Source: an uncultured Dehalococcoidia bacterium (GTDB lineage Bacteria; Chloroflexota; Dehalococcoidia; Lucifugimonadales; Australimonadaceae). Taken from it: 64,000 nt of DNA. Positions 1 to 8,127 of the stretch are shown here, in pieces. The position numbers were made by a program, and so were the translations under genes. Under the pieces are notes generated by a model. It ran no database searches and had not been told where the DNA came from. It worked only from the letters and a program-made list of their open reading frames with translations. The stretch spans positions 1,784,394-1,848,393 of the forward strand of contig OY282355.1 in the NCBI GenBank assembly GCA_958295525.1, written 5' to 3'. Each line of letters opens with the position of its first letter. Position 1 is the first letter of the stretch.

Positions 1-79
1 GGACGGCGTAGATGGACGCGGCCAGCCCGGCGGCGCCCCCTCCGATGATGATGACGTCGTACTGCGGATCGTTGGCCAT
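1..79 (-). CDS. FAD/NAD(P)-binding oxidoreductase, N-terminal fragment (gene continues beyond the left edge)
   Basis: Reverse complement reads MANDPQYDVIIIGGGAAGLAASIYAV, a GxGxxG dinucleotide-binding N-terminus (thioredoxin-reductase-like). ATG is at 79-77. Confidence 0.6.
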   Translation of the reverse strand, partial: MANDPQYDVIIIGGGAAGLAASIYAV

Positions 80-184
80 TGCGGACATTCGCCTCCCGCG
101 GGGAATACTCGCTGCTCTCCATTCTACACCCCGCCCCCCCTGACGGAGCGAGAGACAGGTGGCGCCCGCTTGGCGTACAGAGCG

Positions 185-440
185 CCCGTCGTTCCCGCGC
201 AGCGCATCGCCCCCCCTCCCTCTGCCGTCATTCCCGCGCAGGCGGGAATCTCGCCCCCTTGCCCCGTCATTCCCGCGTAGGCGGGAATCTCGCCCCTGCG
301 GACGGTGCGCGCAGCGCATCGTCTCCAAATCTCCCCATGCGCCACGTCATTCCCGCGTAGGCGGGAATCCAGTCGGCGCGCAGCGCATCGTCATGTCCCG
401 TCATTCCCGCGTAGGCGGGAATCCCGCCCCCCTGCCCCCC
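185..440. repeat. Cluster of 4 palindromic repeat cores (GTCATTCCCGCGYAGGCGGGAATC) plus GCGCAGCGCATCGTC linker modules
   Basis: Cores read at 227-250, 266-289, 346-369 and 400-423. Linker motif gcgcagcgcatcgtctcc is at about 311-328 and 379-393. Confidence 0.9.
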
Positions 441-495
441 AAAATGCGACACATGCCCCTATTGCATTCCGCCATTAGTTGCGATACTGTCAACT

Positions 496-2289
496 ATGAG
501 TCTCATCGCCAAACTCTTCAACCGCCACCAGCGCGACGCTCGCCCCAAGCCTTCCAAAGGCCGCGACGCGGCGCGCTGCGCCTCCTGCGGCGCCCAGCCG
601 CCGCGACCTGACCGCGAACGCGGGAAGAACGCCACGCCTGCCCTCGCCCAGTTCCGCGACGACCCCGCCGGATTCATCGCGCACGTCCTCCCCAACGCCG
701 GCCAGCCCTACCCCAAACAGATCGAAATGCTCGACCTCGTCGCCAACCACCGCCGCGTCTCCATCGTCGGCTGCAACGGCTCCGGCAAGGACTGGGCCGC
801 CGCCCGCATCATCCTCTGGTGGCTCGAAACCCGCCCAGCAGCCAAAGTCGTCGTCCTCGCGCCGACCCAGCGCCAAATCGAGTACATCCTCTGGCCCGAA
901 ATCGCCACCGCCGTCGCCAACGCCGACGTCCCCCTCTCCGGCAAACTCACCAAAAGCCGCTACACCATCTCACCCGACAGATTCGGCGTCGCCTTCTCCA
1001 CGAACAAGCCCGACCGCGTGCAGGGCTTCCACTCGCCGCAGTTGCTCGTCATTGTCGACGAAGCCCACGGCGTCGAGCAACCCTACATTGACGCCGCCAT
1101 CCGCCTCAACCCGACCAAGTTCCTGATGATCGGCAACGCCCTCTCACGCCCCGGCGAGTTCTACGACTCCCATCACGCGAAGCAAGTGGCCTACGCCCGG
1201 CTCCGCATCTCCGCCCTCGACACGCCGAATCTCATAGACGGCGCCGAGCCCGTGCCCGGCCTCATCACGCCGGAGGACATCGCGGACAAGGCGCTCATCT
1301 GGGGCGAGGATCACCCGCTCTTCCGCTCGTCCGTCTACGCGGAGTTCCCGGACGCCGAGGACAACTCGCTCGTGGGGCGCAAGGCCGTTGAGACGGCGAT
1401 GGCCGACGACGCCCCGTCCGGCGCAGGCGCCCCCACAGAAGAGGACGATGCCCGCGAGCCCGTCTACATCGGCGTCGACGTCGCCCGTTTCGGCGCCGAC
1501 AAGTCCGTGCTGATCGCCAGGCGCGGCCAGCGCGTCATCGCAACGAAATCGCTCGACCGAGAGATGGACACGATGCGCGTGGCCGGCGAGACGGCGCTTA
1601 TGGCGAACGAACTGGGCGCGGAGGCGGTGTTCGTTGACGAGAACGGCGTCGGCGGAGGCGTCTGCGACCGCCTCAAGGAGGTCGGCGCGCCCGTCTACGG
1701 CGTGCAATTCGGGCGGAGGGCGCCCCATCCCACAAGGTTCGCCAACTTGCGCTCCGAGATCTTCTGGGAGTTGCGCCGCTTGATGAACGACCATCTCATC
1801 GCGCTGCCCAACGACGAAATCCTCGCCGCGCAACTCCTTTCCTTGCGCTACGACGTGACGAGTTCCGGGCAAGTGAAGTTGGAGAGCAAGCGCGAAACGC
1901 GCAAAAAGGGTGTGCCGTCGCCTGACCGCGCCGACGCTTTGGCCTTGGCGTTTATGCGCCCGCCGTCCTTGCAAATCTGGACGGGCAACGAGCCCTTCCT
2001 GCGCGCTCGCGCCCCTGCCGGCGTCCCCCTCCCCCCACCCCCCGCCCCCAACGACCCGCCGGACGACGATGATGATGGCCATGACAATGATCGTCATTCC
2101 CGCGTAGGCGGGAATCCAGGAATCACGGACGCCGCGCCGTCCGCCGCCGACTCGCATTCGCCGTCCGGCGCCGCGCCGTCCAACAACCGTCATTCCCGCG
2201 AAGGCGGGAATCCCGCATCCCCTGACGCGGACGCGGAGTCCGCCGCCTATGCGGAGGAAATCGCCCGCAACAGGTTCTTCGTAGGATGA
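496..2289 (+). CDS. Phage terminase large subunit-like protein (ATPase plus RNaseH-like nuclease); start uncertain; 3-prime end runs into repeat elements
   Basis: Walker A-like VGCNGSGKD and Walker B-like LLVIVDEAHG. Nuclease half has VYIGVDVARFGADKSVLIARRG and SPDRADALALAF, typical of TerL. The last ~60 aa (RHSRVGGNP, RHSREGGNP) are translated repeat cores. Confidence 0.8.
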   Translation: MSLIAKLFNRHQRDARPKPSKGRDAARCASCGAQPPRPDRERGKNATPALAQFRDDPAGFIAHVLPNAGQPYPKQIEMLDLVANHRRVSIVGCNGSGKDWAAARIILWWLETRPAAKVVVLAPTQRQIEYILWPEIATAVANADVPLSGKLTKSRYTISPDRFGVAFSTNKPDRVQGFHSPQLLVIVDEAHGVEQPYIDAAIRLNPTKFLMIGNALSRPGEFYDSHHAKQVAYARLRISALDTPNLIDGAEPVPGLITPEDIADKALIWGEDHPLFRSSVYAEFPDAEDNSLVGRKAVETAMADDAPSGAGAPTEEDDAREPVYIGVDVARFGADKSVLIARRGQRVIATKSLDREMDTMRVAGETALMANELGAEAVFVDENGVGGGVCDRLKEVGAPVYGVQFGRRAPHPTRFANLRSEIFWELRRLMNDHLIALPNDEILAAQLLSLRYDVTSSGQVKLESKRETRKKGVPSPDRADALALAFMRPPSLQIWTGNEPFLRARAPAGVPLPPPPAPNDPPDDDDDGHDNDRHSRVGGNPGITDAAPSAADSHSPSGAAPSNNRHSREGGNPASPDADAESAAYAEEIARNRFFVG

Positions 2290-2425
2290 GCGCCGCGATG
2301 AAAACTACGCCCTGCCCGCGTAGGCGGGAATCCAGAGGCGCGCAAGCGCCGGACGATGCGCGCAGCGCATCGTCTCCAACCCACCCCACGCGCCACGCCC
2401 TGCCCGCGTAGGCGGAACCTACGCC
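2093..2425. repeat. Repeat cluster (3-4 cores plus a ~100-nt composite linker)
   Basis: Cores at 2093-2116, 2189-2212 and 2312-2332, with a degenerate core at ~2400-2420. Linker ggcgcgcaagcgccggacgatgcgcgcagcgcatcgtctcc is also seen at 63660-63705. Confidence 0.9.
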
Positions 2426-2500
2426 TATCGCGCCCCCGCCGCGAATCCGGTTGTGGTAATGTTGCCCCAGCAGACCAGCAAAGAGAGAGAGGTTGCCGCA

Positions 2501-3592
2501 ATGCCAACGTTTCCCGTGATTGACGCCGACACGCACGTGGACGAGAACGAGGCCACGTGGCAAGCCCTGGCGGACGCCGGGTCGAAGCACGTCCCCGTGA
2601 CGGTCTTGCCCGACGCCCAAATCCAGTCCGCGACGGCGCAGCGGCGCGAGGCCCCAGGCGTGCGAATCGCAGGCGCCATCGGCAACCGCTGGTGGCTGGT
2701 CGAGAACCGCCTGCAGCCCCGCGTCATCCGCGACGAGAAGCATCACCCCGCCCGCGGGCGCCGCGAACTCGACGACGTGGCCGGCCGCATCGCCGATATG
2801 GACGCGATGGGCGTCGAAGCGCAGGTCATCTTCCCCACTTTCTTCATCCGCTACGGCGCGCAAGACCCGGACGCGGAGGCCGCGCTCACCGGCGCGTACA
2901 ACCGCTGGCTCGCGGAGCGCTGCGCGGCGAGCGGCGGGCGCCTGAAGTGGACCGCGACGCTGCCCATGCTCGACGCGGACAAGGCGGTCGCGGAGTTGCG
3001 CTGGGCGAAGGAGCAAGGCGCCTGCGGCGTCTTCCGGCGCGGCTTCGACCTCGACAAGCCGGTCACCGACAAGCATTTCTTCCCCGTCTACGAAGAGGCG
3101 GAGGCGCTGGATATGCCGGTCTGCATCCACACGGGGCACCCGCTGCCGGGGCGCGAGTGGGACCGCGGGTTTCCGGTGATGGCGGCGTTCATCTCCGTCG
3201 TGTCGGAAGGGCTGCCGAGCAATTTCCCGCGCCTGCGGTTCGGATTCATCGAGGCGGGCGCGGCGTGGGTTCCCTACGCGCTCTCCGCGCTGGGGATGCA
3301 GAGCCGCTCGCAGGTTCTGCACAACCGCCCCCAATCCTTCGATCTGCAGCGCGACCTCTTCCGCTCCGACCGCCTGTACGTGACTATCGACCCGGTGGAC
3401 CCGGTGGAGCATCTGCTGGATATGGGCATGGAGGACAACCTCATCGTCGGCACGGACTACTGCCACTCCGACCCGTCGGCCAACCTCGCGGCGCTGGACG
3501 AGGTGGAGCGCTGGGCGAGCGAGGGGCGCGTAAGCGAGCAGGTCGCCCGCAAGATTCTGGAGACGAACGCCAAAACGTTCTACGGCATCTAG
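2501..3592 (+). CDS. Amidohydrolase-2 family metal-dependent hydrolase/decarboxylase
   Basis: MPTFPVIDADTHVDE N-terminus (metal-binding DxH), internal CIHTGHP, C-terminal GTDYCHSD. An AG-rich stretch (agagagagagg) that could serve as an RBS precedes the ATG at 2501. Confidence 0.8.
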   Translation: MPTFPVIDADTHVDENEATWQALADAGSKHVPVTVLPDAQIQSATAQRREAPGVRIAGAIGNRWWLVENRLQPRVIRDEKHHPARGRRELDDVAGRIADMDAMGVEAQVIFPTFFIRYGAQDPDAEAALTGAYNRWLAERCAASGGRLKWTATLPMLDADKAVAELRWAKEQGACGVFRRGFDLDKPVTDKHFFPVYEEAEALDMPVCIHTGHPLPGREWDRGFPVMAAFISVVSEGLPSNFPRLRFGFIEAGAAWVPYALSALGMQSRSQVLHNRPQSFDLQRDLFRSDRLYVTIDPVDPVEHLLDMGMEDNLIVGTDYCHSDPSANLAALDEVERWASEGRVSEQVARKILETNAKTFYGI

Positions 3593-3612
3593 GCGCCCTC
3601 GCCGAGGCGCGA

Positions 3613-3897
3613 GGCTCCCGCCTGCGCGGGAACATTGGGAACGGGGGCGAGATTCCCGCCTACGCGGGTACGACGATAGGGGGCGGGAACGACGGGCGCC
3701 CCCGCCGAGGGATGCGGGATTCCCGCCTGCGCGGGAATGACGAAAGAGGGCGGGAACGACGATGCGCCCCCGCCGAGGGATGCGGGATTCCCGTCTGCGC
3801 GGGAACGGCGAAAGACGGCGGGAACGGCGATGCGCCCCCGCCGAGGGATGCGGGATTCCCGCCTGCGTGGGAACGGCGATAGAGGGCGGGAATGACG
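3613..3897. repeat. Repeat cluster in opposite orientation, 67-68-bp tandem unit x4
   Basis: gattcccgcc starts at 3651, 3718, 3786 and 3854. The unit is gggattcccgcctgcgcgggaatgacgaaagagggcgggaacgacgatgcgcccccgccgagggatgc. Confidence 0.9.
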
Positions 3898-3926
3898 GGC
3901 GCGGAAGTCTCGTAGAGAGGGACGCG

Positions 3927-4658
3927 ATGAGCGGCAAACGAGCGAAGCGGCTGCGCCGCGAGGAGTCCGGCGAAGACGAGCAGCGCACGCAAATGACTCG
4001 CGCCGAGGCGCGCGACCTGTTCAAGCGCGCCGACGCCATCGGCGAGTTCATCGCCAACGACGCCGATTTCAACAAAGCGCTCGCCGTTATGAACGACGTC
4101 GTTATGAAGAACATCACCTTCAACGAAGAGGAGGCGGACGCCATCCTCACGGCGTTGGCGAACGAAGCCGAGGCGCTGGCCCTGCTGGACAACATCCGCG
4201 ACGACGTCGCCGCCGAGGGGAACATCCGGGCCGCGGCCGCGCGCGCCGCCGCTCAGGCCGTCCGCGCCGACGCCATCGCCCAGGGCTACCCGCCCGCGCA
4301 AGCCGTCTTCTACGCCAACGCTTACGTCTTCGCGGCGAGGTCGTTGATCGAGGAATGGATGGGGCCTTTGCCGGTCCCGGAGGAAATCCCCAGCGCCTAC
4401 GCCGACGAATTCGCTTGCAGCCCCTACGGGCGCGCCTACGCCGCCGTATGCACGGAGCGTCTCGCCGCCGGAGATAGCATGTTCGAGGCAAGCGCAGCCG
4501 CGGAAAAAGCCGCCAACAAAGCCAAAGTCGCGCAATCGCAAGCGGAGTTCGACGCGCTGCTCGACGCCTACAACGACCACTTGGAGACGCGCCCCGACAT
4601 CTTCCACCCCGCCTCCTACCGCAACGCCCGCGGCGGCGAGCGGCAAGAGTGGGCGTAG
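3927..4658 (+). CDS. Hypothetical protein (Ala-rich, no recognised domain)
   Basis: ORF in frame with 3762..4658. The first ATG outside repeat-derived sequence is at 3927 (MSGKRAKRLRREE...). Confidence 0.45.
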   Translation: MSGKRAKRLRREESGEDEQRTQMTRAEARDLFKRADAIGEFIANDADFNKALAVMNDVVMKNITFNEEEADAILTALANEAEALALLDNIRDDVAAEGNIRAAAARAAAQAVRADAIAQGYPPAQAVFYANAYVFAARSLIEEWMGPLPVPEEIPSAYADEFACSPYGRAYAAVCTERLAAGDSMFEASAAAEKAANKAKVAQSQAEFDALLDAYNDHLETRPDIFHPASYRNARGGERQEWA

Positions 4659-4725
4659 CGGCAGAATGGCGTAGCGGCAAGTAGGCGTAGCGGCAAGAAT
4701 GGCGTAGGCAAGAGTGGGCGTAAAA

Positions 4726-5676
4726 CTAGGCGCGGGGAGCGGAGGGCGCGGCCTGATACTCCTCCGCGCAGTCGTCGGCGGAGCGCTCTATCTGCAGCGT
4801 GACGTGGGCGAATCCGTAGCCGTAGGCGATTTCGCGCAAGCGGGCGAGCAGGCCGTCCGGGTCGGCGGCGCCTTCGGCGTCCACGAGAACGTGGGCGGTG
4901 AGCGCCTCGTAGCCGGAGGTGATTGTCCAAGCGTGGATGTCGTGGACGAGCGCGGCGCCCGGCGCGGCCTCCATAGCGGCGCGCAACTCGACGACGTCGA
5001 TATGCGCGGGCGCCCCTTCCATAAGCGCCTTGAAAACGCGCGTGAACAAGCCCAGCGAACTCTTCAGAATGAGCAATCCGATGAGCGCGCTGACGGCGGG
5101 GTCGGCGATGCGCCAGCCGAACGCGAGCGTGAGCGCGCCGGACACGACGACGCCCACGGAGCCGAGGAGGTCGGCCATAATATGCTGGCGCGCGCCCTCG
5201 ACGTTGAGGCTGCGGGCGGAGTCGCGGCGCAGAACTTGGGCGGCGATGAGGTTGACGACGAGCCCGGCGGCGCCGACGGCGATCATCGGCCCGCCCGCGA
5301 CTTCGGGCGCGTCGGCGAAGCGCCGGTACGCCTCGAAGAATATCCATGCGGCGACGCCCCACAGCGCGAGCGTGTTCATGAGGGCGGCGAGGATTTCCGC
5401 GCGCTGGAAGCCGAACGTGGATTGCGCCGACGGGGGCTTGCCTGCCGCCCACATTGCGAACAGCGCAAGGCCGATGGATCCGGCGTCCGTAAGCATATGT
5501 CCGGCGTCGGCCAGGAGCGCGAGGCTTCCGGAGAGAACGCCCGCAACGACCTCCACGCCCATAAACGAGGAGATCAGGATGAGGACGACGATCAGCCTGC
5601 GCCTGCCCGCGGAGCGAAAGCCCTGCGCGGAGCCTTGCCCGCCGTCCTGCGCGCGGCCTTGCCTGCCGTCGGTCAT
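4726..5676 (-). CDS. Cation diffusion facilitator (CDF) family metal efflux transporter
   Basis: SGSLALLADAGHMLTDAGS motif in TM2, six TM segments, and a C-terminal cytoplasmic domain with HDIHAW, typical of CzcD/ZitB-type CDF proteins. Confidence 0.85.
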   Translation of the reverse strand: MTDGRQGRAQDGGQGSAQGFRSAGRRRLIVVLILISSFMGVEVVAGVLSGSLALLADAGHMLTDAGSIGLALFAMWAAGKPPSAQSTFGFQRAEILAALMNTLALWGVAAWIFFEAYRRFADAPEVAGGPMIAVGAAGLVVNLIAAQVLRRDSARSLNVEGARQHIMADLLGSVGVVVSGALTLAFGWRIADPAVSALIGLLILKSSLGLFTRVFKALMEGAPAHIDVVELRAAMEAAPGAALVHDIHAWTITSGYEALTAHVLVDAEGAADPDGLLARLREIAYGYGFAHVTLQIERSADDCAEEYQAAPSAPRA

Positions 5677-5809
5677 GCGCCGCGCTCCTCGCGGGTTCGC
5701 GTCTTCGCTCTGCGGCCTGCCGCGTCTGCGAGCGCTTCATTCGCCATAGGCCGGAGGACCAGCCTCGATTTCCCCTGTTGGTCACAGGGCGCGTCACAAT
5801 GGCGGGCCG

Positions 5810-6199
5810 CTACTTGCCGGCCGGCGGCTCCCAGTCATCGGAGCGCCCTGAGGGGCCTGGGGCGTAATCCGCGCGGAAGTCGCCCCAGAACTTCGTGAAG
5901 GCGTTGGCCATCAGCGCGACCTCACGGCTCGTCGCCTCGAGTTGCCTGTCGGTGGCGTCGAGTTGCCGCTGGGTGGCCTCGATCTGCCTGTCGGTGGCCG
6001 CGACGATCTGCTCTAACGCTTCCATGCGGCGGCCGGCCGCTTCCATGCGACGGTCGGCCGCTTCCATGCGGCGTTCGGCCGCTTCCATTCTTTCGGCGAG
6101 GGCGGCATCCCGGACGGCGAGGTCACGCAGGATGTCTTTGACATCCTGCATATCGTCTTTGACGACGCGGACTTCGCGTTCGAGGGATTGCATAGTCAT
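5810..6199 (-). CDS. Coiled-coil protein with heptad (21-bp) tandem repeats
   Basis: ERMEAAERRMEAADRRMEAAGRRMEALEQ and DRQIEATQRQLDATDRQLEATS. The DNA shows 21-bp periodicity at 5941-6003 and 6017-6100. GAGGA lies 9 nt upstream of the ATG at 6199. Confidence 0.6.
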   Translation of the reverse strand: MTMQSLEREVRVVKDDMQDVKDILRDLAVRDAALAERMEAAERRMEAADRRMEAAGRRMEALEQIVAATDRQIEATQRQLDATDRQLEATSREVALMANAFTKFWGDFRADYAPGPSGRSDDWEPPAGK

Positions 6200-6379
6200 A
6201 CGGCGGATCCTCACGGGCGCAGGCTGCGCTGAGGGCAGTATAGCATGCAGGCGGCCTCGCTACGCCGGGGACGGCAAGCGTCCGCGCGCGCCTAGCCTGT
6301 GGGCGGCGGGGGCAGGCGCGCTGCCCTGATAGAGATGCGCCTCGCCGTCGAACCCCGCCCCCCTACCCTGCCCGCGCGC

Positions 6380-7366
6380 TCACCGCCCCTCCATCGTAAG
6401 CGACACCTTGAGCGCGCCGCCGCTCGGCTCGCGGGCGAGTTGAAATGCGTCGGCGGCCTGCTCCAACGGAAGCGCGTGGGTTACGTAGGGCGACATATCT
6501 ATCTCCCCCTCGGCGATGAGCGCGAGCGCTTGGCGGAACGACGGAAGCCCGGGCTCGTCCTGCGCGCCGAATATCGTGCGAACGTCCAGCCGCTTGAGAA
6601 AGTACGCGCTGAGGTCGAAGGGAACGGGATCGAAGCCGGTGGGCAGGCCGAACACGTGGACGTGCCCCTCGGCTTTGGCCATTCGCACCGCCTGATTCAG
6701 CGTCTCGTGGCCGCCCACCGCGTCCACCACGACCTCCGCGCCCCGCCCGTCCGTCAGTTGCAGAACGGCGTCCACGGCGGCTTGGCCGGTCACGTCGAGC
6801 GCGTCGTCCACGCCAAGCGCGGAGCCGGCGGCGCGCCGGTCGGCGTTCGGCTCGATGGCGATGATCCGCGCCGCGCCCAGCCTGCGGAGGTGGAAGTCGT
6901 GAAAGAGGCCCGCGCTCCCCTGCCCGATCACGACGGCGGTCTTGCCCGTCATTTCGGGAAGTTTGCGTGCGGCGAAGATCACCGTGCCGAGTTGCTGCGC
7001 CATCATTAACTCGGCGAGCGGGCGGCCCTCCGGCAGCGGCAGCAGGAAGCGCGGCGAGACGGCCTGATATTCGGCGAAATTGCGCGCCTCCCAGATGTTG
7101 GGAACGGTGAGGACGAGCGCCCCCTCCGGCAGGCCGCTGGCGCCGGGCTCGACGATCACGCCGACGCCCTCGTGACCGGGCTCGCCGGGCTCCATCGGGT
7201 AGGCGTTGCGCGGCCACCCGTGGTAGACGTAATGGAGGTCGGTGCCGCAGATGGAGGCCATCCGCATACGGACGAGCGCTTTGTCCGCATCGGGCTCCGG
7301 CGCCGGAACCTCGTCGCAGACGACGTCCCCCAGTCCTCTGAGGATGGCTGCGAGCATCGTAGGCAT
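6380..7366 (-). CDS. Zinc-dependent alcohol dehydrogenase / medium-chain dehydrogenase-reductase
   Basis: MASICGTDLHYVYHG and PGHEGVG catalytic zinc motifs; VIGQGSAGL Rossmann motif. Start trimmed to the MPTMLAAILRG ATG at 7366. Confidence 0.85.
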   Translation of the reverse strand: MPTMLAAILRGLGDVVCDEVPAPEPDADKALVRMRMASICGTDLHYVYHGWPRNAYPMEPGEPGHEGVGVIVEPGASGLPEGALVLTVPNIWEARNFAEYQAVSPRFLLPLPEGRPLAELMMAQQLGTVIFAARKLPEMTGKTAVVIGQGSAGLFHDFHLRRLGAARIIAIEPNADRRAAGSALGVDDALDVTGQAAVDAVLQLTDGRGAEVVVDAVGGHETLNQAVRMAKAEGHVHVFGLPTGFDPVPFDLSAYFLKRLDVRTIFGAQDEPGLPSFRQALALIAEGEIDMSPYVTHALPLEQAADAFQLAREPSGGALKVSLTMEGR

Positions 7367-7493
7367 AGGCGAACCTCGCGGAACGAACGAATTAGGAGAC
7401 AATGCTACGCCATTCGCGGCGCGGCGGGGCGAGCGCGACCCTCGCCCGCGCAATGGGACAATGCACTGGAGGCAGGGCGGGGCGCCCTCCGGG

Positions 7494-8126
7494 TTACGCG
7501 CCGGCCTCTCCGGCGGCGAGGTTGGCGACGAGGGCGCGGACGGGCGCGCGGAGGGCGGCCCACGGGTCGCCGAGCGCTCGCTCCTCGCCGGAGGAGAGCG
7601 CCCAGCGGCGGACGCCATGCGGCGTCACCCAGAGGGCGCTGACCCAGAAGCCGTTGGTTCCGCCCGGGGGCGGGGCGTAGTCCAGGGCGATTGCGCCGTC
7701 GAGCCCGCTCGCCTCCCACGCGCCGAGCAGTTCGCCCTCGCGGGCGACGGCGACGGCTTCCGTCCAGCGGCAGGCTCTGCGCTCGCCGTCGAGGCCGCGC
7801 ATTCGCCGGAGCAGGCGCGCGCCGCGCTCTTCGTCGGACACGTCCGCGCCGGTTCCGCGCCGCGTGATGAGGCTCGACCAGCCGTCGCCGAGCGCGGGGA
7901 TGACGAGGCCGCCGTCGGATGCGACCGCCAGCCCGCCGAGCGCGCGCGACCACGCGGCGGCTTTCGCCGTCGCAATCGCGAGGTGCGATTGGTCGTCCTC
8001 CGGCGGGTCGGGCGCGCCGGTCAGCGCCGCGCCGTCGGCGATGTCTACGTCCAAGCCGTCAAGGAGGGCGCGGATGCGCTTGGCTTTGTCGGGGTTGCGC
8101 GTGGCGGCGGCGATGAGCAAGGCCAT
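7494..8126 (-). CDS. Divergent Ham1/RdgB-like (non-canonical NTP pyrophosphatase fold) protein
   Basis: LIAAATRNPDKAKRI resembles ATGNxGKxxE, and AVASDGGLVI resembles AxADDSGL. One-nt gap after the mutL stop, so probably co-transcribed. Confidence 0.45.
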   Translation of the reverse strand: MALLIAAATRNPDKAKRIRALLDGLDVDIADGAALTGAPDPPEDDQSHLAIATAKAAAWSRALGGLAVASDGGLVIPALGDGWSSLITRRGTGADVSDEERGARLLRRMRGLDGERRACRWTEAVAVAREGELLGAWEASGLDGAIALDYAPPPGGTNGFWVSALWVTPHGVRRWALSSGEERALGDPWAALRAPVRALVANLAAGEAGA

Positions 8127-8127
8127 C

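Noticed and set aside
2123-4225. 700-aa minus-strand ORF spanning the amidohydrolase and repeat clusters
   Set aside because: It is antisense to a well-supported amidohydrolase gene. Its composition is Arg/Ala/Ser-rich low complexity, typical of shadow ORFs in GC-rich DNA, and it partly translates repeat cores.
496-4658. Calling the terminase region a prophage
   Set aside because: Only TerL is recognisable. The neighbouring genes are an amidohydrolase and an uncharacterised Ala-rich protein. I see no integrase, portal, capsid or att repeats.
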